Shown here: piece by piece, positions 44,812-55,357 of the stretch
Layout of the letters: every line of letters begins with the position of its first letter
Numbering within the stretch: the stretch's first letter is position 1
DNA from: an uncultured Actinomycetes bacterium
Lineage (GTDB): Bacteria; Actinomycetota; Acidimicrobiia; IMCC26256; PALSA-610
Reading direction: 5' to 3'
NCBI GenBank assembly: GCA_963835455.1
Contig: CAWIFT010000005.1
Location: 66,402 to 130,401, forward strand
Length of the DNA: 64,000 nucleotides
The notes under the pieces: model-generated
Told to the model about the DNA's origin: nothing
The model's database searches: none
Seen by the model: the letters and a program-made list of their open reading frames with translations, nothing else
Made by a program: the position numbers and the translations under genes

Positions 44812-46105
44812 CTACCGACGAACGGAGGCCGCGAGGGCGTCGAGGCCCTCGTCGAGCAGATTCTCGTCGAGCACGAGCGGTGGGAGCAGGCGCACCACGT
44901 TGCCCAACGTCCCCGCGGTCAGCACGATCACGCCCTGCTCGTGACACGATGCGCAGATGCGCTTGGCCCGGTCGGCGTCGGGCGAGCCGTCGTCGTGGAC
45001 GAGCTCGATCGCGACCATCGCGCCCCGGCCCCGGACGTCGCCGATACCGGCGGTTTCGCGTTGGAGGGCGGTGAGCCGCTGGAACATGCGGTCGCCGAGC
45101 TTCTGCGCCCGCTCGACGAGCCCTTCGGACTCGATCACGTCGATGGCGGCGAGCGCGGCCGCGCAGGAGACGGGGTTGCCGCCGAACGTGCTGCCGAGCC
45201 CGCCGACGTGCACCGCGTCCATGATCTCCGCCCGACCGGTGACCCCCGCGATCGGCATACCGCCGCCGAGGCCCTTGGCGGTGGTGACGAGGTCGGGGAC
45301 CACGCCCTCGTGCTCGCTCGCGAACCACGCGCCGGTGCGGCCGAAGCCCGTCTGCACCTCGTCGGCGACGAACACGATGCCGTTGGCCGTGCACCACTGC
45401 GCAATCCCCGCGAACCAGCCCGGCTCGGGCACGACGAATCCGCCTTCGCCCGCGATCGGCTCCGCCACCACGCACGCGATCTGCGACGCGTCGACGCTCG
45501 CCTCGATCCACGCGATCGTCTCGTCGAGGCCGCCCGTGCCGCGGTAGGGGTACGAGAACGGCGCCCGGTACACCTCGGGCGCGTACGGGCCGAACGACTT
45601 CTTGTAGGGAACGACCTTGGCCGTGAGCGACAGCGCCAGCAACGTGCGGCCGTGGAAGGCCTGGTCGAACGCGATCACCGCGGGGCGACCGGTTGCCGCG
45701 CGGGCGATCTTCACCGCGTTCTCGACCGCCTCCGCCCCCGAGTTCACGAGCATCGACCGCTTCTCGTGCGTGCCCGGCGTGCGCTGCGCAAGTTGCTCGC
45801 ACACCGCGACGTAGCCCTCGTACGGCGTCACCTGGAAGCACGTGTGGATGAAGCGTTCGGCCTGTTCCGCGATCGCGGCCGCCACCGCCGGATGCGCGTG
45901 GCCGACGTTCACGACCGCGATGCCGGCGCCGAGATCGATCAGGCGATTGCCGTCCACGTCTTCGACGATGCCGCCCTGCGCGCGCTCCACGAAGATGGGC
46001 AGCGTCGTGCCCACGCCGGCGGGAACGGCGCGTTCGCGTCGCTGCCCAGAGCTCGCGCGAACGCGGCCCCGGGATTTCGGTGACGAGCTTGCGGGCCTGT
46101 TCCAT
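44812..46105 (-). pseudogene. gabT: 4-aminobutyrate aminotransferase with one apparent +1 insertion near 46040
   Basis: The N-terminal MEQARKLVTEIPGPRSRELW lies in the frame of ORF 44750..46111. The rest (QRRERAVPAGVGTTLPIFV...DEVQTGFGRTG...TTAKGLGGGMP) lies in ORF 44812..46014. The junction TGGGCAG is explained by one extra G. Confidence 0.85.
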
Positions 46106-46111
46106 GGGCAC

Positions 46112-46942
46112 CTACCCGAGAGTTGTCGCGTCGATGGCGCCGGCGCCGCGCCGCGACGCCCGCACGCTGTACACGCCGCCGATCGTGAGCATCGCCAGCG
46201 CGAGCACCAACACGATGGTCGAGAGCGCGTTGATCGAGGGCGACACGCCGAAGCGCAGCTGGCCGAAGATGTACAGCGGAAGCGTGGTGGAACCCGGTCC
46301 CGAGGTGAACGTCGTGATCACCACGTCGTCGAGGGAGATCACGAAGGCCAGCATCGCGCCCGCCGCGATGCCGGGGGCGGCGAGCGGGAGCACGATGCGG
46401 AGGAACCCCTGGAGCGGCGTGGCGCCGAGGTCGGCCGCGGCTTCGATGAGCCGATTGTCGAACGCGGTCAGTCGGGCCTTGACCACCACCACGACGAACG
46501 CGATGCAGAACGTGATGTGCGCGGCGATGACGGTCCAGAGGCTCAGCTCGACGTGGATGCCGCGGCGGAAGAATGCGGTCAGTGCGACGGCCATGACGAT
46601 CTCGGGCATGACGAGCGAGATGAAGATCAGCGTCGAGTACCCGGACCGGCCGCGGAACTTGAAGCGAGTCAGCGCGAACGCGGCAAGGGTGCCGATCACC
46701 GTCGAGACGAACGTCGCGATGAATGCGACCTTGAGCGTGTTGCGGAACGCTTGCAACGCAGCATCGTTGTTCTTGAGCGCGGTGTACCAGCGGGTCGAGA
46801 AGCCGGTCCAGTCGGTGCCGCTCTTGGCCTGATTGAAGCTGAACACGACGAGCACGATGATCGGCGCGAACAGGAATGCGAACACCAGGACGGCGTGCAG
46901 CTTGAGGTACCGCGGGCGCAGCGAGCTCTTCTTGTTGCTCAC
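46112..46942 (-). CDS. potC: Spermidine/putrescine ABC transporter permease
   Basis: GTG at 46942 (GTGA overlap with the upstream stop). Six TM segments and the EAA loop IEAAADLGATPLQGFLRIVLPL. Confidence 0.88.
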   Translation of the reverse strand: MSNKKSSLRPRYLKLHAVLVFAFLFAPIIVLVVFSFNQAKSGTDWTGFSTRWYTALKNNDAALQAFRNTLKVAFIATFVSTVIGTLAAFALTRFKFRGRSGYSTLIFISLVMPEIVMAVALTAFFRRGIHVELSLWTVIAAHITFCIAFVVVVVKARLTAFDNRLIEAAADLGATPLQGFLRIVLPLAAPGIAAGAMLAFVISLDDVVITTFTSGPGSTTLPLYIFGQLRFGVSPSINALSTIVLVLALAMLTIGGVYSVRASRRGAGAIDATTLG

Positions 46943-47859
46943 AAGGCATCGTCCCCGACGCGACTCAGATAGATGAACACGCCCACCAGGATGAACGCCA
47001 TGAGCAACACCGACATCGCCGAGCCCAGCGGCCAATTGTTCCCACTGTTGAACTGGTCGTAGATCGTGTTGCCGATCATCTGCGTTCTGACGCCGCCGAG
47101 CAGTTCCGGGGTCACGAAGTCGCCGACCGCGGGGATGAACACGAGCAGCACACCCGCGATGAGCCCCGGCGCAACGGTGGGGATGATCACGCGAAACAGC
47201 GTGGACACCTTGCCGTGACCGAGGTCGTAGCTCGCTTCCACGAGCGACGGATCCATTCGCTCGATCGACGCGTACAACGGCAGGACCATGAACGGCAGGA
47301 AGCCGTAGGTGAGGCCGAGGATGACCGCGAAGTTCGTGTTGAGGAACACGTGATTGCCGCCGAGCCCGATCGCGCCGAGAACCGTGTTCAGCAATCCCTC
47401 GCGTTGGAGGATGAACTGCCACGCGTACATGCGGATCAGGTAGCTCGTCAGGAACGGGATGATGACGAGTACGAGGTACAGGTTGCGGAAGCGCCCGCCG
47501 AAGCGGGCGATCCAGTACGCGAGCGGGAACCCGATCAGCACACACGCGATCGTCGCGACCACCGCGTACCAGATGGAGCGCCAGAAGATCGGCAGGAAGT
47601 CCGGGTTCAGTGCGGTGTGGTAGTTCGACCAGACGAGGCTGCCCCACGTGAACTTGATCGGGACGATGACGCCGCGGTGACCGAGGCTGTACCCGACGAT
47701 GAGGATCGTCGGGATGATGAGCAGGAGGACGAACCACAGGCTCGTGGGCAGCAGGAGCAGATTGCCCGCGGCCCAATCCGGGAGGCGTCGCCGCCCCTTC
47801 GGTGGCTCCGCCGTCTCCGGCTCGGGCGTCGGAGGTGACTCGACCTCGGCGACGCTCAA
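46939..47859 (-). CDS. potB: Spermidine/putrescine ABC transporter permease
   Basis: TTG at 47859 overlaps the potD stop (TTGA). EAA loop VEASYDLGHGKVSTLFRVIIP. 306 aa. Confidence 0.85.
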   Translation of the reverse strand: MSVAEVESPPTPEPETAEPPKGRRRLPDWAAGNLLLLPTSLWFVLLLIIPTILIVGYSLGHRGVIVPIKFTWGSLVWSNYHTALNPDFLPIFWRSIWYAVVATIACVLIGFPLAYWIARFGGRFRNLYLVLVIIPFLTSYLIRMYAWQFILQREGLLNTVLGAIGLGGNHVFLNTNFAVILGLTYGFLPFMVLPLYASIERMDPSLVEASYDLGHGKVSTLFRVIIPTVAPGLIAGVLLVFIPAVGDFVTPELLGGVRTQMIGNTIYDQFNSGNNWPLGSAMSVLLMAFILVGVFIYLSRVGDDAL

Positions 47860-49013
47860 GCCGATTTGACCTCGGTCCAACGATCGGAATACTTGAGCTC
47901 GTCCTCGCCGATGTCCTTTTGGAACGGAAGTGTCGCGAGCACCGCGGCCGACGGGTAGATCAACGGGTTGTCGAGGATGGCCTTGTTGATGTACGGCTGC
48001 GCGGCCTTGTTCGGGCTCCCGTAGTTGACGAAGTTGGTGAGCGCGGCGCCGACTTTGGGCTCGAGGATGTAGTTCATGAACGCTTCCGCGTTCTTGGGGT
48101 GACCGGCGCCCTTCGGGATCGCCATCGAGTCGACCCACGAGAACGCGCCCGACGTCGGGATGACGTATTCGATGTTCGGCTTGTCGGTCTGGATCGTGAA
48201 GACGTCGCCCGAGTACGCCTGGGCCATGATCAGCTCGCCGCCCTTGAGCGGGTCCTGGTAGTCGGACGTGATCTGCTTGACCGTCTTCTTCAGCTCGATC
48301 AGGTAGTTCTTCGCGGCATCGAGGTCGTCGGTGTTGGTGGTGTTCGGGTCCTTCTTCAGGGCGAACAACGCCATCGCGAACGCGTCGCGCGCCTCGTCGA
48401 GGAACGACGACTTGCCCTTGACCGCCGGGAGCTTCAAGGCGTCCCAGTCGGTGACGGCGCCGTCGACCTTCGTCTTGTCGTAGCCGATGCCGGTGGTGCC
48501 CCACTGCCAGGGGATGGAGTACTGGTTGCCGGGGTCGTACGCGGCAGTGGTGAAGCGCGGGTCGAGGTTCTTCACGTTCGGGATGAGCGTCAGGTCGAGC
48601 GGCTCGAGCAGGCCCGCGTGCTTCATCTTCACGAGCGTCGCGTCGGTCGGCACGATGATGTCGTAACCCGTGCTGCCAGCCGACAGCTTGTTGAACAACT
48701 CGTCGTTGGAGCTGTAGTTGTCGTACGTGACCTTGATCCCGGTCTCCTTTTGGAAGTTCGGGATCGTGTCGTCGGCGATGTAGTCGGTCCAGTTGTAGAA
48801 GTTCAGCGTCTTGGCTTCGGGCTTGGGGTCGAAGGTGGGCCGCGTCGTCGACCCGCCGGTGCCCGTCGACTTGCTGCTGCCACTGCTCCCGCACGCCGCC
48901 GCGAACCCGGCCGCCGAGACGAACGCCATCGTCCGCATGAACGTGCGCCGGCTGAAGTGCGGGGACGCCTTGTCCCAGACGAAAGCAACGGATACGCGGT
49001 CGGGATCGTTCAC
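47856..49013 (-). CDS. potD: Spermidine/putrescine ABC transporter substrate-binding lipoprotein (Tat-type signal)
   Basis: SRRTFMRTMAFVSAAGFAAAC (twin-Arg plus lipobox), then a PotD/PotF-type fold (LNFYNWTDYI...). The GTG at 49013 overlaps the potA stop. Confidence 0.88.
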   Translation of the reverse strand: MNDPDRVSVAFVWDKASPHFSRRTFMRTMAFVSAAGFAAACGSSGSSKSTGTGGSTTRPTFDPKPEAKTLNFYNWTDYIADDTIPNFQKETGIKVTYDNYSSNDELFNKLSAGSTGYDIIVPTDATLVKMKHAGLLEPLDLTLIPNVKNLDPRFTTAAYDPGNQYSIPWQWGTTGIGYDKTKVDGAVTDWDALKLPAVKGKSSFLDEARDAFAMALFALKKDPNTTNTDDLDAAKNYLIELKKTVKQITSDYQDPLKGGELIMAQAYSGDVFTIQTDKPNIEYVIPTSGAFSWVDSMAIPKGAGHPKNAEAFMNYILEPKVGAALTNFVNYGSPNKAAQPYINKAILDNPLIYPSAAVLATLPFQKDIGEDELKYSDRWTEVKSA

Positions 49014-50164
49014 TGCACTGACTCCTTGTCGAGAGTGGGCCCGTCGGCGAGCACCACGTTGAACTCAGGGTCCCAGACGAGGCGTGTCCGGGTGCCGGGA
49101 ACGCCGGCGTCACTCACCCGTTCGCTGTTCTGGCGGAAGGCGACGAGCGTGGTGCCCGCGTCGGTCTGAACCACGAGTTGGGTCGAGACGCCTTGGTAGA
49201 CGACGTCGACGACGGTACCGCCGATCGTGCACATCTTTTCCGCGACGGGCTCCGCTTCGGGTACTACGCGCAGTTTCTCGGGACGGACGGTGAACGCGAG
49301 CCGGTCGCCGGGGCTGACGGCCCGTCCCTCGGGCGCCGGAACGAGCAGGCGGTCTCCCGGCGCGGCCTCGACCTGCAGGTACTCGTCGACCCGACCGATC
49401 ACCGCGGCCTCGATGATGTTCGACGTACCGATGAAGCCGGCGACGAAGCGCGTGGCGGGGCGTTCGTAGATGTCTTCGGGAAACCCGATCTGCTCGACCT
49501 TGCCCTTCGACATGACGGCCAGGCGATCGCTCATCACGAGCGCTTCCTCCTGGTCGTGGGTCACGTAGACGAAGGTGACGCCGCACTCACGTTGGATGCG
49601 CATCAGCTCGAGCTGCATCTGCTTGCGGAGCTTCAGGTCGAGCGCACCGAGGGGTTCGTCGAGCAGCAACACCGCAGGCTCGTTCACGAGCGCCCGCGCG
49701 AGCGCGACGCGTTGCTGCTGGCCACCGGAAAGTTGATTGGGCCGGCGATCGTCGTGACCGCTCAGCTGCACCATGTCGAGGTACTTCTTGACCCGGTCCT
49801 TGATGTCGCTCTTGGAGACCTTCTTGCGCCGCAAGCCGAACGCGACGTTGTCGGCGACGGTCATGTGCGGGAACAGCGCGTACGACTGGAACACCGTGTT
49901 GACGTTGCGCTTGAACGGCGCGACGCCGACGATGTCGCGGCCGGTCAGCTCCACCCGGCCGGAGTCGGGCTCTTCGAATCCCGCAATCATGCGGAGCGAG
50001 GTCGTCTTGCCACATCCTGACGGACCGAGCAGTGAGAAGAACTCGCCGGCTTTGACGGTGATCGTGACGTCGTCGACCGCGACCAATTCGCCGAACCGCT
50101 TCGTCACGCCGTAAAGGCCGACTTCTACTGGTCCTTCGGGATCGGTCAACCTCGCCTCCTGCAT
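49010..50164 (-). CDS. potA: Spermidine/putrescine ABC transporter ATPase
   Basis: The start MQEARLTDPEG lies inside ORF 49010..50467. Walker A GPSGCGKTT, signature LSGGQQQRVALARAL, Walker B LLLDEP, and a TOBE-like C-terminus. Confidence 0.9.
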   Translation of the reverse strand: MQEARLTDPEGPVEVGLYGVTKRFGELVAVDDVTITVKAGEFFSLLGPSGCGKTTSLRMIAGFEEPDSGRVELTGRDIVGVAPFKRNVNTVFQSYALFPHMTVADNVAFGLRRKKVSKSDIKDRVKKYLDMVQLSGHDDRRPNQLSGGQQQRVALARALVNEPAVLLLDEPLGALDLKLRKQMQLELMRIQRECGVTFVYVTHDQEEALVMSDRLAVMSKGKVEQIGFPEDIYERPATRFVAGFIGTSNIIEAAVIGRVDEYLQVEAAPGDRLLVPAPEGRAVSPGDRLAFTVRPEKLRVVPEAEPVAEKMCTIGGTVVDVVYQGVSTQLVVQTDAGTTLVAFRQNSERVSDAGVPGTRTRLVWDPEFNVVLADGPTLDKESVQ

Positions 50165-50252
50165 GCCGCGCGTGGATCGTCGGGAACCCTCGCAGATGCT
50201 CGCGCGTGCTGCAACCGCTCGGATTCCACTCTTACCGCTCGGCGCGGGCGCA

Positions 50253-50735
50253 CTACGAAATTCGTAGGCGGTCGGCGGGGAACGCAAAGACCTCGCCCCG
50301 GCCACTCCGTGCGAGTGACTGGTAGTCGCGGCGCGCGAACCACCAACGCCCGTCGACTCTCCGGTAGTCGTCCTGATAGACGCCGAACGCCTGCGTGGCG
50401 TGCCCGGTTGCCGCTTCCTGGCGGAGCTCGCAGATGTAGAGCCGGGCGTGGGCGTGGTCGGCATCACCGCCGACCCGCAGGGCCACCCGCGTGCTCAAAG
50501 GCACGAACTCGAAGAACTCGAAGCGCTCGACCGCGGTGCCGATGAACTCGCCGACCTGCTGCGGCCCGGCGAGCTCGATCGCGGCGTTCGTCACCGTGTC
50601 GACGCGCACCGGCGCGTCGGCGAGGAACATCTCGTGAAATTCTGCCCAGGCTCGCCGGGTGACCGCGTCCGCGTAGGCGTTCTGCAGGCGCGTGATGGCG
50701 ACGTAGTCGATCGTGTCCTGGAGGTCGTCGGCCAC
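50253..50735 (-). CDS. NTF2-like (SnoaL_4-type) protein
   Basis: GTG at 50735 in ORF 50253..51143. The sequence is IDYVAITRLQNAYADAVTRRAWAEFHEMF...DDYRRVDGRWWFARRDY. Confidence 0.75.
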   Translation of the reverse strand: MADDLQDTIDYVAITRLQNAYADAVTRRAWAEFHEMFLADAPVRVDTVTNAAIELAGPQQVGEFIGTAVERFEFFEFVPLSTRVALRVGGDADHAHARLYICELRQEAATGHATQAFGVYQDDYRRVDGRWWFARRDYQSLARSGRGEVFAFPADRLRIS

Positions 50736-50740
50736 GGTGA

Positions 50741-51226
50741 TCAGGCCGGGGGCCGGGAGAAGTCGCGGTTGGGGTGTTTGGGCGGCATCGCGACGGCGGG
50801 GACCTTGCACTGGCTCTCGCGCATGTCCTCGAGGACGTGCACCATGTTGAGGAGGTCCTCTTCGTAGCGGAATTTGCCGTTGCCGGCGTAGATGAGCGTC
50901 GAGACGCCCGACTGTTCGTAGCGCCGGCCGTCGGCGCGCGCACCCGGCAGCAGCTGCTTCCACTTGATGAGCACGTTGTCGCCCTCGATCGCGTAGAACT
51001 CGACCGGGAACGTCCATTCCTCCAGGCCGACCATCGCGTCGCCGAACACGGTCGCCTTCATCTCGTCGATGCCGGTGACCCGCCCCCACGCGGGATCGAT
51101 GAACACGGCGTCGTCGGTGAAGTAGTCCGCCAGCGCGCTCCATGTCGCACCGCCGGCGTCGATCACCTTGCGCGTCTCCACGTAGCGCTCGACGGTGGCG
51201 ACGATCTCTTCTCGGGGAAACGGCAT
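50741..51226 (-). CDS. NTF2-like (SnoaL-type) protein
   Basis: The start MPFPREEIVATVERYVETRKV lies in the 3' end of ORF 50741..53992. 161 aa. Confidence 0.75.
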   Translation of the reverse strand: MPFPREEIVATVERYVETRKVIDAGGATWSALADYFTDDAVFIDPAWGRVTGIDEMKATVFGDAMVGLEEWTFPVEFYAIEGDNVLIKWKQLLPGARADGRRYEQSGVSTLIYAGNGKFRYEEDLLNMVHVLEDMRESQCKVPAVAMPPKHPNRDFSRPPA

Positions 51227-51261
51227 GGTGCGGGCCTCTCTGGTGGCGGTCAGGGGCGAAT

Positions 51262-54107
51262 CTAGGCTGTGGGTGCGTCGGCGATCACGGCGATGATCTC
51301 GTCGCCGTAGCGTTCGAGCTTGGTCGGGCCGATGCCGGTGCAGCGGGCGAGCGCGGCCAGCGAATCGGGTCGGGCGTCGGCGATGCCCTCGAGGTGCGCG
51401 TCGCTGAGCACGATGTACGCGGGGACGTGGTCGCTCGCGGCGCGCTGTTTGCGCCACGCCTTGAGTGCGTCGACGAGCTCGGGCTCGGCGTGGGTGACCG
51501 CGGCGCCGCGGGCGCGGGTGAGCTGGGCCCTCCGGCCGTCGAGCTCGACCCGTTCGCCGTAGGGGATCACGATGCGGGCGCCGTTGGCGTCCTCGAGCAC
51601 GGCCGAGTCGGTGCGCAGCTCGACGATCGGTCCACTCGATCCCGCGAACGCCACGTGCAGCCCGACCTCGGCGTCCACCGCCGTGCGCGACCGGGTCGGG
51701 GCGGGTTCGGCGCGTTCGGCGCGGGGCGCGCGGACGGGTTCGGGGGGCGCGGGCTCGAGGAGCTCGTCGAGGAAGGGCCGGCGCGCGGTGACGTCGGCGA
51801 TCACCTGTACCGCGGTGTCGCCGCGGGTGATCGCGACGTGGAAGATGCGGCGCTCCTCTTCGATGTCGTCGGCGAGCGCGTGGGGCATGAGCCCGTCGTG
51901 CGCACCCATCACCACGACGAACGGCCACTCCATGCCCTTGACCCGGTGCACGGTGGAGAGCGCGACGCCGTCGGTGCGTGCGGGTTCGTTCGCGGCCCGC
52001 AGGCGGTTGCGCAGCCAGGGTTCGAACGCCGCGGGATCGGGTTCGAACGTGGCGACCGCGATGAGGGCGTTGAGGTCGTCGCGGTGGCTCGCGTCGGGAG
52101 CTTTGCCCGAGAGGTCGAGGGTGGCCGAGCGCGGCGCCGAGGCCGACCTCGTCGCGGATGCGGGTGAGGAGCTGATCGGTGGTGGCACCGGCGTCGAACG
52201 CGCGGCCGAGCGTTTCGAGGTCGTCGCAGAACGCCTCGAACTTGGGCGCGGCCGATGCGCTCAACCCGTCCGCCTCGCGGCGGAGCGCACCCACCCGCCA
52301 CTGCCGCTTTCGTTCGAGGCGCTGCAGCACCTCGCGCCGCAGTGAGCGGCTCGGGCGGCGCGCGGCGAGTGCGAGATCGGCGCCGTGGTAGCCGGTGTCG
52401 TTCCCGGCCGCGAGCGCGAGCCGCAGGTAGGCGAGTGCGGTGCGGGTTCCCGTGCGGTTGAGCACCGCGACGCTGACCGGGGTCCAGCTCGGCACACCCG
52501 CTTCGCCGAGCAGCAGTTGCGCGGGGAGCAGCACCGAGTTCACGCGGCTCAACAACGCGATGTCGGACGGCGCCGCGCCGGCGTGGAGCCACGCGGTGAC
52601 CCGCTCGACTGCGGCGTGCGCGATGCGTTCCGGCGGAGTGGTCACGACGGCCAGCGCGTCGGCGCCCGCGTCGACCGGCTTGGCCGCGACGATCTCCTTG
52701 TCGATGCGTCTCCGGTTGTACGAGAGGAGGTTGCGGGTCGCGGCGACGACCGGTTCCGGGCAGCGGTAGTTCGTCGCCAGCGCGTGGTGCGTACCGCCGG
52801 GGAAGTAGCGGTCGTAGTTGATCAGGAACTCGGGGTCGGCGCCCGCGTAGCCGTAGATCACCTGATCGTCGTCGCCGACGCCGAACACGTCGTACGCGGG
52901 CGCGGCGACGAGGCGGAGCAGCAGCAGTTGCGCGGGCGTGAGGTCCTGGAACTCGTCGACGAGAAGATGGCGCGCCTCGCGTTGGAACGCGGCGCGCACG
53001 TCGGGTGCGCGCAGCAGCGCTTCGATCGCGCCGTAGATCTGCTCGTCGTGATCGATCGCTCGATCGGCGTGCAGCTTGTCGCGGTACTCCTCGAACATCG
53101 CCCCGAAGCCGGCGACGTCGTCGCGTTGGGCTTCGACCACGTTCGGGTCGACGAGTCCCAGCCGGACCTCGCTCAGCGCGTCGATGTAGGGCGCGTACAT
53201 GTCGGTGTTCGCGCGCGGCTTGACCGGTACGAGTGCCTCGATGCGACGGCGCATCTCCCACTCGTCGATGAGGGCGGTGTTGCCGCCGCTGCGGCGCAGC
53301 ACGTCGTTGCCGAGCGCGTGCAACGTGCGCACGCGCCGCCGCGCGGTGTCGTTCACGTCGGACAGACGCGCCTGCATCGTGTCCTTGGCGCGGACGTTGT
53401 ACGCGACCGCGGTGATCGAGCCGGGACTCCAACCCCGGTCGACCAGGAGCCGGAACCGTTCGGTGAGCACGCGCGTCTTGCCCGAGCCCGCGGGCGCGAT
53501 CACGCGTGCCGCGCCGGTGTCGTGGACCACGGCCGCGAGTTGATCGGCGGCGAGCTCGGCGGTGGTGGTGACGGCCCGGTCGGCGGCGAGGATCCGCTGT
53601 TCGAGGTTGTTGCGGTGGACGAGCACGTGACCGTCCGGCACCGCCGGTGGCGCCGGCGCGCGGTCCACCGTCGCACCACGCGGGCGTGGACCCGTCGAGC
53701 ACCACGTCGGCATCGGTGCCCGCGGTCGCGCCCAACCGCACCGCCTCCACCGTCGGGCCCCACACCATGCGGCCGACGCGGTGGTCGTAGTTGTTGGCGC
53801 GGGCGAGGAAGTAGAGCCGCTCGCGCGTGAACTCGAAGCGCGGCGAGAGTGCGTAGGGCGGCCGGACGGGCTCGGTCTCGGGGGCGCGCAGCTCGTCGGC
53901 CGGGCACCGCAGCTCGACGACCACCGGGATCCGCCGGGACCAGTGCCGGTGCAACGTGTCGAGCGCGGCGCCGGGATCGCGTAGCGCTTCATCGTCGATC
54001 ACGACTCGATCGGCCCCGGCCCAGTGGTCGGGCGCGGGCGCGGCCGGGCCCACGATCACACCGCGCCCGAGGCGCGTGATGACTTCCGGGTCGGGAAGAT
54101 CCGTCAC
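51262..54107 (-). pseudogene. UvrD/PcrA-type superfamily-1 DNA helicase with N-terminal extension and C-terminal HRDC-like domain; two frame changes
   Basis: The N-terminal ~150 aa lie in ORF 51909..54107. Walker A APAGSGKT, VDEFQD, YRCP and related motifs lie in ORF 50741..53992. The C-terminus (TVHRVKGMEWPFVVV...HVAITRG...LKAWRKQRAASDHVPAYIVLSD...) lies in ORF 51262..52188. Frame shifts fall near 53660 and 52125. Confidence 0.85.
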
Positions 54108-54137
54108 GGGCGCATCATGCCCGAGCGGTGAGACGCC

Positions 54138-55334
54138 TTATCCCAGCTCGTTGCCGACGATCGAGACGAACGAGACCATCTCGCCCGGGTAGCCCCCGAG
54201 GTTGTGGGTGAGAGCGAGGCCGCGGTCCGCGTGCGCGATGGTGCGCTCGGGCGGTGCTTCGCCGCGCAGCTGGAGCCACGCCTCGAACACCATGCGCAGC
54301 CCCGACGCGCCGACCGGGTGGCCGAAGCTCTTGAGCCCGCCGTCGGGGTTGACCGGGAGCGCGCCGGCGAGGTCGAACGTGCCGTCCAGCACTTCCTTCC
54401 ACGCGGTGCCGCGCTCCGCGAACTGCAGGTCTTCGTAGATCAGCAGCTCGGCGGGTGTGAAGCAGTCGTGCACCTCTGCCATCGCGAGCTGCTCACGGGG
54501 GTTGGTGATGCCGGCCTGCGCGTACGCGTCGCGACCGGTCGCCGCGATCTCGGGGAACGTCGTGTAGTCGTACTCGGGATCGGCGTTGCCGGAACAGTTG
54601 CCGGCCACGAGCGACAGCGCCTTGATGTAGATCGGCTTGTCGGTGTACTTCAGCGCGTCTTCGGCGCGCACGATGATCGCCGCGGCCGAACCGTCGGCGA
54701 CACCCGAGCAGTCGTACACGCCGAGGCCGCCCGCCATGAGCGGCGCGTTGCAGATGGTCTCCATCGAGACCTCTTTGCGGAACTGCGCCCGCGGGTTGCG
54801 CGCGCCGTTGTAGTGGTTCTTCCACGCGATGCGGGCGAGCACCTCGCGCATCTGCGCGTCGTCGAGGCCGTACTTCTTGCCGTAGCCGGGGGAGCACATC
54901 GCGAACATCGCGGCCGCGGTGAGCGTGCGGCCGGTGCCGTCGGTCGGCGTCTTGGCCGCGCCGACGAGACCCTGGTAGCCGCTGTCCTTGACCTTCTCGA
55001 CGCCGATCGCCATCGCAACGTCGTACGCGCCGCTCGCAACCGAGTACGCGGCGTTGCGCAGCGCTTCCGACGCGGTCGCGCAGAAGTTCTCGACGTGCGT
55101 GACCGGCTTGTCGTGCAACTGCAGCGGCCGGGCGAGGGCCATGCCGCTCATGCCCGACATCGCGGTACCGAGCCAGTACGCGTCGATGTCGTCCTTGGTG
55201 AGTCCGGCCGCGGCGAGCGTGGCTTCGTTGGCGTCGACGAGCAGGTCGTCGGTGCCCTTGTCCCACTGCTCGCCGAAGGGAGTGCACCCCATGCCGACGA
55301 TGGCGACGCGGTCCTTGATTCCGTGCGAACCCAT
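54138..55334 (-). CDS. Thiolase-fold protein, SCP-x/lipid-transfer (Ltp) type
   Basis: VAIVGMGCTPFGE start, FCATASEA (nucleophile Cys context), CFTPAE, and GHPVGASG. 398 aa. Confidence 0.88.
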   Translation of the reverse strand: MGSHGIKDRVAIVGMGCTPFGEQWDKGTDDLLVDANEATLAAAGLTKDDIDAYWLGTAMSGMSGMALARPLQLHDKPVTHVENFCATASEALRNAAYSVASGAYDVAMAIGVEKVKDSGYQGLVGAAKTPTDGTGRTLTAAAMFAMCSPGYGKKYGLDDAQMREVLARIAWKNHYNGARNPRAQFRKEVSMETICNAPLMAGGLGVYDCSGVADGSAAAIIVRAEDALKYTDKPIYIKALSLVAGNCSGNADPEYDYTTFPEIAATGRDAYAQAGITNPREQLAMAEVHDCFTPAELLIYEDLQFAERGTAWKEVLDGTFDLAGALPVNPDGGLKSFGHPVGASGLRMVFEAWLQLRGEAPPERTIAHADRGLALTHNLGGYPGEMVSFVSIVGNELG

Positions 55335-55357
55335 GGCGATGCTCCTCTGCCGCCGGC

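Noticed and set aside
46112-49113. 554-aa and 724-aa minus-strand ORFs (46112..47776, 46939..49113)
   Set aside because: Only their 3' parts are the PotC and PotB permeases. The 5' extensions run out of frame across potB and potD and translate to Arg/Pro/Gly-rich sequence. Start codons that overlap the preceding stops were chosen instead.
50741-53992. 1083-aa ORF suggesting one giant protein
   Set aside because: It is a composite. The 3' 161 codons are an independent NTF2-like gene with its own ATG. The middle is the central frame of the frameshifted helicase. The segments between are Arg/Pro-rich nonsense from reading the helicase C-terminus out of frame.
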